Shown here: positions 10,400 through 18,693 of the stretch, piece by piece
Layout of the letters: every line of letters starts with the position of its first letter
How positions within the stretch are numbered: position 1 is the stretch's first letter
Assembly (NCBI GenBank): GCA_050740455.1
Contig: JBOIDF010000009.1
Coordinates: 91 to 64,090 of the forward strand
Source: Gammaproteobacteria bacterium
GTDB taxonomy: Bacteria > Pseudomonadota > Gammaproteobacteria > JACCXJ01
Length of the DNA: 64,000 nt
Direction: 5' to 3'
Position numbers and translations under genes: made by a program
The notes under the pieces: generated by a model
Databases searched by the model: none
The model's input: only the letters and a program-made list of their open reading frames with translations
What the model was told of the DNA's origin: nothing

Positions 10400-10431
10400 G
10401 AGCTTGTGAAAAAATCTGCTGCGCTCGGGAT
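10400..10431 (+). repeat. End of the GAGCTTGTGAAAAAA MITE family (copy B), directly after the GT2 TGA stop
   Basis: TGA (10397-10399) is followed immediately by GAGCTTGTGAAAAAA; inverted partner at 6001-6031. Confidence 0.75.
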
Positions 10432-10468
10432 GTGGAAGCGCCGTTACACGCGCCCCACGCATGGCGTA

Positions 10469-11257
10469 TTAGCCGGGACAGGCGTCGATGGCCGTCACCA
10501 GCTGATCATGAATCCAACGCCTTAAAAACCCCGCCGCGCGCTGAGCGACCTCATGCTCGGGCAGCCAACGGCACAGCCCTTCACAGAGATCACCGAAGCG
10601 CGTGCCGTTCTGGACCGCATCGAGCGCCCAGGCTTCTTCGCCCTCCAGCGAGCGGAAAAAGGTTTTCAGTTCTTGACGCCAGATTAGCCACGCCAGCGGG
10701 TGCGGGTAGGCGAGGGGTGTTCCCGGAGTCTCATGGCGATCGGCGGCCTGCCAGATCTCGGCTACGTTCCAGCCGAGATCCAAGCGCCGCACCGATGGGT
10801 GCAGGGCGAGGCCGATGGTAGACCACGCGGCAGGCGCAAGCTGGGCGAGTGACTCCGCCGTCAGAGGCGGTGCGTGCGCGGCATCGAAGGCCTCACCCAG
10901 CTGCCATTCAAAAGCCGCTAGTTCCGAAAGCCAAGGTTCATTGCGGAAATCGTCGGACGACGCGAGAAAAGCGCGGAGATGCTGCCCGAAGTAGCGTATG
11001 GAAAAATGCCCGGAGGGATAAGCATCGGTATAGGCCGCGGCCAAGTGAGCGAAGCGCTCCGCGCCGAGCATGGCCAGCAATGCGGGAAAGTCGCTCGCCA
11101 AGGCATCTTGGAGCCGTAGACGGTAGGCGTTAGCGTAAATCTCGAGGCGCGTCTCGGCGCTTACCGAGGGGCTCGCCAGCACTTCGGCTTGCGCGCCCCG
11201 GCGGCGCGCAAGCACATAGGCTTGAATGGATTGCTGTAGCTCACGCAAGCTCGGCAT
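10469..11257 (-). CDS. bufC: DUF2063-family MNIO partner protein (BufC/HvfC-like)
   Basis: LRELQQSIQAYVL..RLEIYANAYRLRLQDALASDFPAL..LG.ERF..LAAAY..PS..ELAAFEW; overlaps the DUF692 gene end. Confidence 0.85.
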   Translation of the reverse strand: MPSLRELQQSIQAYVLARRRGAQAEVLASPSVSAETRLEIYANAYRLRLQDALASDFPALLAMLGAERFAHLAAAYTDAYPSGHFSIRYFGQHLRAFLASSDDFRNEPWLSELAAFEWQLGEAFDAAHAPPLTAESLAQLAPAAWSTIGLALHPSVRRLDLGWNVAEIWQAADRHETPGTPLAYPHPLAWLIWRQELKTFFRSLEGEEAWALDAVQNGTRFGDLCEGLCRWLPEHEVAQRAAGFLRRWIHDQLVTAIDACPG

Positions 11258-12125
11258 GGACGTCACGGCCGGCCGAGGAATCGGGCGGCGGGAGCGCTTG
11301 CGTGGCGATTCCCGCAGCCTGCGCCAGCTCCGCAAGCAAGTCCTCGAAGGGGGGAATATTATCATCGCGCTCGATCATGGTAGACACCTTGCCAAAAAGC
11401 GTAATCGCCCTGGCATAAAGGTCCCACACGGGATCGATTATGGGCTCGTCGTGAGTATCGATGCGGTAGGCTCCATAATCACGGTGACCGGCGAGATGAA
11501 ATTGCTGCACCCGGGTGAGTGGCAGATGTTCGAGGTAGGTGTACGGATCGAACGCATGGTTGCAAGCGCTGACGTACACGTTGTTGATGTCGAGCAGGAG
11601 CAGGCAATCGGATTCCTCGGCGAGGGCTCCGAGAAACTCCCATTCCGGCATTTCCGAGGCGCGGTAGTCGAGGTAGCTCGACACGTTTTCCAACAGGATC
11701 CGCCGTCCCAGGTACTCTTGAACCTGGCGCACGCGCCCGGCGACATGATGCATAGCCTCGGCAGTGTAAGGCAAGGGCATTAAATCGTGCAGGTTAACGG
11801 GTTTCATTCCGGTCCAGCACAGATGATCGGAAATCCAGGCGGGCTCGATGCGATCGGCCAAGGTCTTAAGTTGCTTGAGGTAGCCCACATCGAGCGGATC
11901 CGTCCCGCCGATGGAAAGCGAGACGCCGTGCATCACGATCGGATAATCGGCGCGGATGCGTTCGAGGTAATCGACGGGCTTGCCGCCGGCCACCATAAAG
12001 TTTTCAGAGACTATTTCGAACCACCCGAGCGGTGGCTGGGTGGCGAGGACGGCTTCGTAATGCTCCTTGCGGAGACCGAGGCCAAAACCGAGTGCCGGAA
12101 ATCGCTTTTCCGAAATGGGGAACAT
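11241..12125 (-). CDS. bufB: DUF692 multinuclear non-heme iron oxidative enzyme (MNIO; BufB-like)
   Basis: GFGLGLRKEHY, FEIVSENF, HGVSLSIG, WISDHLCW, DLMPLPY, LLENVSSY, LLLDINNVYV, FHLAGH, IDTHD, IERDD. Confidence 0.93.
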   Translation of the reverse strand: MFPISEKRFPALGFGLGLRKEHYEAVLATQPPLGWFEIVSENFMVAGGKPVDYLERIRADYPIVMHGVSLSIGGTDPLDVGYLKQLKTLADRIEPAWISDHLCWTGMKPVNLHDLMPLPYTAEAMHHVAGRVRQVQEYLGRRILLENVSSYLDYRASEMPEWEFLGALAEESDCLLLLDINNVYVSACNHAFDPYTYLEHLPLTRVQQFHLAGHRDYGAYRIDTHDEPIIDPVWDLYARAITLFGKVSTMIERDDNIPPFEDLLAELAQAAGIATQALPPPDSSAGRDVHAELA

Positions 12126-12170
12126 TGGACAGGCGGGGCCGAACCGGCCCCGCCTCAACCTCTCTGACCC

Positions 12171-12431
12171 TTATTCGGTCACTTTGCCGCCTTTAGTCTC
12201 GCACTCCTCCTTGGTCAAGGATACCCAGCCTTGTCCGGAGCACGCGTTTTTCCCTTGACAGGCGTTAAGATCGGCTTTGGTATTGCACTCCGAGGTGCCT
12301 TTGCAGGCGTTAACGCCGCTGCATTTTACCTTACCTTCGGCGGCAGGGTGGACGTCTTCCGCCAGTATGGGATGGCTCACGAATAACGCCGCGGCAGCCG
12401 TGGCCAATAAAACGCCCTTGGTATTTTTCAT
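12171..12431 (-). CDS. bufA2: Secreted Cys-rich RiPP precursor (BufA2-type bufferin-like)
   Basis: 86 aa: Sec signal peptide, then CSGVNACKGTSEC..NACQGKNACSGQG..EECETKGG (6 Cys); directly upstream of DUF692 and DUF2063; AGGAGG RBS. Confidence 0.82.
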   Translation of the reverse strand: MKNTKGVLLATAAAALFVSHPILAEDVHPAAEGKVKCSGVNACKGTSECNTKADLNACQGKNACSGQGWVSLTKEECETKGGKVTE

Positions 12432-12953
12432 ACGATGGCCTCCTGATGGTGAATAGATAAGCCGGCCTGCTATCGAGTCCTGTTCGATAGCGGGCCGTTC
12501 AACGCATGCGCAGTAGATGTTCTTTCAGACTGCGCTTCCCCAGCATTCTTCCATGAACGCCGCTCAAGCGGTATTCGTTGTCTGCGTACCACGGCCGGTG
12601 CTGCAGCGGTCAAATTCTGGAATGTTCTTTATGACCATAAGCACCGCAAAGGGGTATGCCAAAGGGCGGGTTCGTCAGGATGTTAGCGGTGCGTAATTAT
12701 CAGCGTCTTTGGGCTCGCAATGCGGTCATCACGGCGAATTTCCCTACTCCGACCTTGGCCGCCTGACAAAGTTCAATGCCCCGCGCCACGGTGACCGTGT
12801 TAACCACGTTATCAGGCGAGCTCAGCCGGCGTTCGTGTCAAGCGGCTGAAAACTCATCTCGTTACCGCTATGCTGTCGCCCATAAAAGCAGCGGCGTCTC
12901 GTGTTACCGGTAGGTCGCCGCCCGTCGCGACGGTTTGAAATCCGCAGGGGGGA

Positions 12954-13976
12954 ATGGTAGACGTCATGATATACGTGGAACTAGTGGGCATGCTGCTCGT
13001 TATTCTCCTGGCCGCCGAGATTTTCACCAATGCGCTGGAACATCTGGGTGAAAAACTGAAAATCTCCGAAGGAGTGACGGGCTCGCTGTTTGCCGCTGTC
13101 GGCACCGCCATGCCGGAGAGCATGGTCCCCATTCTCGCTATCTTTGCCGGGACTGAACATGCGGACGTCAACGAAGAGATAGGAGTCGGGGCGATCATCG
13201 GCGCACCGCTGATGCTCTCCACGCTGTCCTTATGCCTGATGGGCTTGTCGGTCGTCTGGGAGCGCGGGCCTAAAGGTTGGCTCACGCCCGAGAAAACCGG
13301 GCTCGCTCGGGACCTAAATTTCTTCTTGCTGGCCTTCGGCATCGCTGCCGGGGCGCTTTTTATCCCGCGAGAACCCCACCATTTCGTCACTTTGAAGGTT
13401 ATGCTGGGCCTGACCCTGGTGCTCATTTATTTCATCTATGTCATGCTGACGCTGCGGGTGTCGGCGCAATTGGTTAAGGATGGCCACGGTACGCAGGCGC
13501 ATACGGATATGTATCTCTGCCGCCTCGGCCTGCCCGACCACATGCTGGTCCTGTTAATTCAGATCGCTATTGGGCTCGGGTTATTGGTCGCCGGCGCGGA
13601 AGGGTTTATTCATAATGTAGATGAAGTGGCGCGCGAGATCGGCGTTTCAGCGCTGTTGCTGTCGCTCTTGATCATCCCGATCGCGACCGAGCTTCCCGAG
13701 AAGGTGAACAGCATTCTCTGGATCCGCCGCAACAAAGACACACTGGCGTTCGGAAACATCACGGGCGCAATGGTGTTTCAGGGTACGATACTTCCGGCCA
13801 TCGGTATCCTATTGACACCGTGGGATTTGCGCCTGGAGGTATTCACGGGGGTGCTCGTCACCTTAGTCGCCGCCCTATGGCTGAGGCTGGCACTCCGGGT
13901 GGGGAGGCTCTACGTCTGGCAGCTCGCCATTAACGGTAGCCTCTATGCTGCCTATCTCATCGCGGTCCTGGGGTAG
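12954..13976 (+). CDS. Sodium:calcium antiporter (CaCA family)
   Basis: Two alpha-repeat motifs GTAMPE and IATELPE, GNITGA; multi-TM. Confidence 0.88.
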   Translation: MVDVMIYVELVGMLLVILLAAEIFTNALEHLGEKLKISEGVTGSLFAAVGTAMPESMVPILAIFAGTEHADVNEEIGVGAIIGAPLMLSTLSLCLMGLSVVWERGPKGWLTPEKTGLARDLNFFLLAFGIAAGALFIPREPHHFVTLKVMLGLTLVLIYFIYVMLTLRVSAQLVKDGHGTQAHTDMYLCRLGLPDHMLVLLIQIAIGLGLLVAGAEGFIHNVDEVAREIGVSALLLSLLIIPIATELPEKVNSILWIRRNKDTLAFGNITGAMVFQGTILPAIGILLTPWDLRLEVFTGVLVTLVAALWLRLALRVGRLYVWQLAINGSLYAAYLIAVLG

Positions 13977-14018
13977 CGTTCTAACGGCGCGCCTCCGGCC
14001 ACTAAACCACTGAAGCTC

Positions 14019-16124
14019 ATGAACCAGAAAAAGAATCGCGACCGAGCACCATCTGCACGCGTGATATTGCAGGCATGCCTGTGGCTGGGAGTCTCCATCC
14101 TCGGGGCGAGCGCGGTGGGCGCCATCGCGCTGCATCGAGGTGAAACCATCAACGGCCTTTGGTTTATCGTCGCCGCACTATGCATTTACGCATTAGGTTA
14201 CCGCTTTTACAGCGCCTTTATCGCCGCCAAGGTGCTGGCTTTGGATGGCACTCGCGCGACTCCCGCCGAACGGCTTAACGATGGCCGCGACTTTGTCCCC
14301 ACGCATAAATGGATCGTTTTCGGGCACCACTTCGCGGCCATCGCGGGTCCGGGCCCTCTTATCGGGCCGACGCTGGCGGCCCAGTTCGGTTACCTGCCCG
14401 GCACCCTATGGATTTTAGTGGGAGCGGTGCTCGGGGGCTGCGTGCAGGATTTCGTGATCTTGTTTTTCTCGACCCGGCGCGATGGGCGCTCGCTCGGACA
14501 GATGGCCCGCGATGAGCTTGGACCGGTTGGCGGAGCGGTGGCGCTCGCGGGAGTCATGGTCATCATGATTATTCTCATCGCCGTGCTCGGGCTGGTCGTC
14601 GTCAACGCGATGAAACATAGCCCGTGGGCCACCAGCACCGTCGCCGCGACGATCCCGATTGCCTTATTGATGGGCGCTTATATGCGCGGCATCCGGCCTG
14701 GGCGCGTGCTCGAAGGGACCTGCCTCGGTGTGATTTTGCTGGTGCTCGCGGTCCTCGGCGGAGGGTGGATAGACGCACAGCCATGGCTACGCGTTTGGTT
14801 CGATTACGACGCTCCGAGCCTGGCACTCATGGTCATTGCCTACGGCTTTGCGGCCTCGGTTCTTCCGGTCTGGCTGTTGCTTGCGCCGCGCGATTACTTA
14901 TCGACGTTTATGAAGATCGGAACCATCGCGGCGCTGGCCGTGGCGATCGTGGTGCTCCAGCCCGAGGTCAAGATGCCTGCGCTCACGCAATTTATCGATG
15001 GCACGGGCCCCATCTTCGGGGGCAAGCTGTTCCCGTTTGTCTTTATCACGGTCGCCTGCGGCGCGATCTCGGGGTTTCACTCACTTGTCGCCTCGGGGAC
15101 AACGCCGAAGCTCCTCACCAACGAGCGGGATGTGCGTTTTATCGGCTACGGCGCGATGATGATGGAGTCCTTCGTCGGAATCATGGCGATGGTGGCGGCC
15201 ACCGTATTGGAACCCGGGGTGTATTTCGCCATCAATAGCCCGGCGGGTGTCGTCGGGGCGGAGGCGGCCGAAGCCGTGGCAAAGATCACGAGCTGGGGTT
15301 TTCCGGTGACGGTGGAACAAATGCAATCGCTGGCGGCGTCGATGGGGGAAGCGACGCTGTTCGCGCGCACCGGTGGCGCCCCTTCCTTGGCCGTAGGCAT
15401 GGCCAGCATTTTTTCCAGTACCTTCGGTGGCGGTCTTCTGGCCGTGTGGTATCACTTCGCGATCATGTTTGAAGCGTTATTTATCTTGACCACGCTGGAC
15501 GCGGGTACCCGTGTCGCACGCTTCATGCTCCAAGACCTCCTGGGGAACCTGATTCCGGCTTTAGGGCGGACCGGTTGGTATCCGAGTGTCTGTCTGACGA
15601 GCGCGCTCGTGGTCGGCGGCTGGGGTTATTTCCTGTATATCGGCACGATTGACCCCCTCGGGGGCATCAATAGTCTCTGGCCGCTCTTCGGGATCTCGAA
15701 TCAAATGCTCGCCGCGATCGCGCTTTGCGTTGCGACTACCATCTTGGTCAAGTCCGGACGGGCGCGGTACGCGTGGGTGACCGTGCTGCCTCTGACATGG
15801 CTTGTCACCGTGACGAGCGCCGCCGCTTGGGAGAAGCTTTTCAGCCCCGAGCCGCGGGTCGGGTTTCTCGCGCATGCGCGCGATCTCGGTGAGCAATTGA
15901 GCCGCGGCCTGCTAGCCCCCGACAAAGTAGGGCAGGCGCCGCAGCTTATCTTCAATGACCAACTGGACGCCGCCTTGACGGTGTTGTTCCTCGTCACCAC
16001 CTGGGTGCTCGTGATCGAGACCTTGCGGGTGTGTCATGCGGTATGGACCGGGCGCCGGCACCCGCCGCTGACGGAGACACCTCACCTCCCACGGCGCGTG
16101 GCCGAAGACTGGGTGCGGAACTGA
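14019..16124 (+). CDS. cstA: Carbon starvation protein A (peptide/pyruvate transporter family)
   Basis: [58 protein letters not shown]. Confidence 0.95.
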   Translation: MNQKKNRDRAPSARVILQACLWLGVSILGASAVGAIALHRGETINGLWFIVAALCIYALGYRFYSAFIAAKVLALDGTRATPAERLNDGRDFVPTHKWIVFGHHFAAIAGPGPLIGPTLAAQFGYLPGTLWILVGAVLGGCVQDFVILFFSTRRDGRSLGQMARDELGPVGGAVALAGVMVIMIILIAVLGLVVVNAMKHSPWATSTVAATIPIALLMGAYMRGIRPGRVLEGTCLGVILLVLAVLGGGWIDAQPWLRVWFDYDAPSLALMVIAYGFAASVLPVWLLLAPRDYLSTFMKIGTIAALAVAIVVLQPEVKMPALTQFIDGTGPIFGGKLFPFVFITVACGAISGFHSLVASGTTPKLLTNERDVRFIGYGAMMMESFVGIMAMVAATVLEPGVYFAINSPAGVVGAEAAEAVAKITSWGFPVTVEQMQSLAASMGEATLFARTGGAPSLAVGMASIFSSTFGGGLLAVWYHFAIMFEALFILTTLDAGTRVARFMLQDLLGNLIPALGRTGWYPSVCLTSALVVGGWGYFLYIGTIDPLGGINSLWPLFGISNQMLAAIALCVATTILVKSGRARYAWVTVLPLTWLVTVTSAAAWEKLFSPEPRVGFLAHARDLGEQLSRGLLAPDKVGQAPQLIFNDQLDAALTVLFLVTTWVLVIETLRVCHAVWTGRRHPPLTETPHLPRRVAEDWVRN

Positions 16125-16139
16125 GAGGACGGCCAGGGC

Positions 16140-16300
16140 CCCGATCTCTCTGCGGCTGAAGTGATCGTCTACTATCGTATCTATCGTTTTCTGATTGAAC
16201 ATACCGTGCTTGCCCAGATGCTCCGGCGACAGCTTACTGAATATCAGTGACTTGAGATCAGCCTGAAGCCACTTGCCCATCGGGCCGATTGAATATATCG
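16140..16300 (-). pseudogene. Asparagine synthase (glutamine-hydrolysing) C-terminal fragment
   Basis: PMGKWLQADLKSLIFSKLSPEHLGKHGMFNQKTIDTIVDDHFS resembles the AsnB-family C-terminus; no rest of gene present. Confidence 0.55.
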
Positions 16301-16329
16301 ATAAACCGCTGCTCCGCTGCCCCAAAAGC

Positions 16330-16505
16330 CTCCTGATAGCGCATGGCACACCCGACGATTGGTTGGAACAGAATATTTATAGCACGCGTTTCGAGTACGG
16401 CCCCCTTCATGCTCGTGATCGACCTCATCTTATTCGGCCCGCTTGGGCTGTCCATTTGGGCGATCCAAATGGCTTGGATCCCCTTCTTCGCCGCGGGTGT
16501 GGTTT
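16330..16505 (+). pseudogene. Delta-9 fatty acid desaturase (DesA-like) internal fragment
   Basis: HGTPDDWLEQNIYS, then (frameshifted) MLVIDLILFGPLGLSIWAIQMAWIPFFAAGVV. Confidence 0.7.
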
Positions 16506-16672
16506 CATCGAAATGGTGGGAGCTCGATCTCGGCTGGTTGCATATACGAGCTCTCTGCGCGCTCGGTCTCGCACGGGGTTAAAAAGATAGCTCCGAAGCC
16601 GATGCGGGATTCTTCTTGAGTTTATCGCGGCTTTTTACGGCCGCTTTCAGTAACCTGCCGGGAACCGCTGCC

Positions 16673-17875
16673 CTACCCCCGCTTGAAGCGCGCCGCCTCA
16701 TCGGACCCGCCCGTGGCGTTGCCGGCGCTGTAGGAATGCGCGCCCACGCCGGCGAGCTTGCCGGCATCGACGACCAGGTACTCGTTGCGGATGGGTCGGC
16801 CTTCGAACCAGCACTCCAGGATCTCACGCGTACCGGCCGCGTAGCGCGCCTGCGCCGAGAGGCTGGTGCCCGAGATGTGCGGGGTCATGCCGTGGTGGGG
16901 CATGGTGCGCCACGGGTGGTCCTGGGGCGGCGGCTGCGGAAACCACACATCCCCGGCGTAACCGGCTAGCCGGCCGCTCTCGAGCGCCCGGGCGATCGCC
17001 TCGCGATCGCAGATCTTGGCGCGCGCGGTGTTGACGATGTAGGCGCCGCGCTTCATCTTGCCGATCAGCGCCTCGTTGAAGAGATGCTCCGTCTCCGGGT
17101 GCAGCGGACAGTTGATGGTTACGACATCGCAGACCCGCACCAGCGATTCGACGTTCGCATGGAAGGTGAGGCCCAGTTCCCGCTCGATGTCCGGGGAGAG
17201 ACGATGCCGGTCGGTGTAGTGGAGCTTGACATCGAAGGGTTTGAGCCGGCGCAGCACGGCGAGGCCGATGCGCCCGGCAGCCACCGTCCCGACTGCCATG
17301 GCCTCCAGATCGTAGGAACGCGCGACGCAGTCGGCGATGTTCCAGCCCTTGTCGATCACCCAGTGGTACGAGGGGATGTAGTTGCGCACCAGCGAGAGGA
17401 TCATCATTACCCCGTGCTCGGCGACGCTGATGCTGTTGCAATAGGTGACCTCGGCCACTGTGATTCCGCGGTCGATCGCCGCCTGCAGATCGGTATGGTC
17501 CGAACCGACGCCGGCGGTGACGATGAGCTTGAGCTTCGGTGACTTGGCGATGCGAGCCGCGGTCATGTAGGCCGGCCAGAAAGGCTGCGAGATGACGATG
17601 TCCGCATCGGGCAGCTCCCGTTCCAGGACCGAGCCGGGACCGTCCTTGTCCGAGGTGACGACGAGTTTGTGACCGTTTCCTTCCAGGAACTTGCGTAGCC
17701 CTAGCGCACCCGAGACGCTGCCCAGCAACTGGCCGGGCTGGAAATCGATACGCTTCGGAGAGGGCAAGCTTTGTCCGTCGGGATAGCGTTCCAGTTTGGG
17801 CACATCATCGCGGGCGTAGGATTTCGGGTAGCCGCTGACGGGATCGTCGTAAAGCACGCAAACAACCTTGGCCAT
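16673..17875 (-). CDS. fdh: NAD-dependent formate dehydrogenase
   Basis: MAKVVCVLYDDP, QPFWPAY, GVGSDH, YCNSISVAEH, AAGRIG, NCPLHPET, RGAYIVNTAR, GDVWFPQP, PHISGTSLSAQARY; 400 aa. Confidence 0.97.
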   Translation of the reverse strand: MAKVVCVLYDDPVSGYPKSYARDDVPKLERYPDGQSLPSPKRIDFQPGQLLGSVSGALGLRKFLEGNGHKLVVTSDKDGPGSVLERELPDADIVISQPFWPAYMTAARIAKSPKLKLIVTAGVGSDHTDLQAAIDRGITVAEVTYCNSISVAEHGVMMILSLVRNYIPSYHWVIDKGWNIADCVARSYDLEAMAVGTVAAGRIGLAVLRRLKPFDVKLHYTDRHRLSPDIERELGLTFHANVESLVRVCDVVTINCPLHPETEHLFNEALIGKMKRGAYIVNTARAKICDREAIARALESGRLAGYAGDVWFPQPPPQDHPWRTMPHHGMTPHISGTSLSAQARYAAGTREILECWFEGRPIRNEYLVVDAGKLAGVGAHSYSAGNATGGSDEAARFKRG

Positions 17876-17974
17876 GGTCGGGCCTCCTGTATTTCTTGGA
17901 ATCGTGGAAGGATTAAGGGCCTAAGCCCTTCGCTGGTCCCGGTGTTACCGGGTGTGCGAGATCCTGGGTGCGCG

Positions 17975-18187
17975 CTACCGCTGTGCCCAGCCGAGGAGCC
18001 GTTCGCCTTCCGGGGTGAGACCCTGGAAGCGCTGATCACGGCGAACGATGGCGATGCCTAGCTCTTCCTCGAGGTGCTGGATGGCCGCCGACAGGGCCGG
18101 CTGCGAGACGTGGCAGAGCTCGGCCGCGCGTGCGAAGTGGCGCGTCCTGGCCAGCGCCACGAGGTATTGGATTTGGCGGATGAACAT
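17975..18187 (-). pseudogene. LysR-family regulator, HTH only (effector domain deleted)
   Basis: [51 protein letters not shown], then a stop; no substrate-binding domain before fdh. Confidence 0.85.
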
Positions 18188-18693
18188 GGCTCTTACGATG
18201 CTCTGGGCTGGTATTAGCTTTGAGTCCCTGGGGGCAAGGTCAGCCGTGTGCCGGGTGATATTCTGGACAGAAAGGGGGCCGAAATAAAGGGGGCCGGTAA
18301 CAAAAGCATCGGCCTTTCCGCCGAAACCAAGAATCCGGCGGACGGCCGACGTTGTTCTTGCTGGCGTGGGTCACTTGTCGGATGGCGCAAACCCCAGCGA
18401 GACCGCACTCTGGCCGGGACCGAGGTGGTATCGGACGCGCATCCTGAGGCGGGCGTTCCGTGCCACTCGGGCTACTGACGTACCACTAACGGGAGGTGTA
18501 AGATGATATCGATACGAAATGACTGGAGAGAGGAGCGTGCGGTGCTCCTGGCTGCAGCCTGCGCAGTGAGCGAACGATTCGCCAGCAGGCCCAATCGATC
18601 TATGGGAAGGCGAATCTCAGTGGGCGGGCGGCGCTGTCCGCCTTCTTTCTCGAGGACCTCCGACTACCGCGCGAACAGGCGAACCTCTAAAAG

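Noticed and set aside
12660-12850. yybP-ykoY or fluoride riboswitch upstream of the CaCA antiporter
   Set aside because: Only scattered sub-motifs (GTCATCACG, CTACTCC) in an inconsistent order and strand; would need an Infernal search to support.
18250-18480. Possible riboswitch or gene fragment between lysR and glgP
   Set aside because: No recognisable consensus (glycine, ZTP, SAM or cobalamin) and no convincing protein motif.
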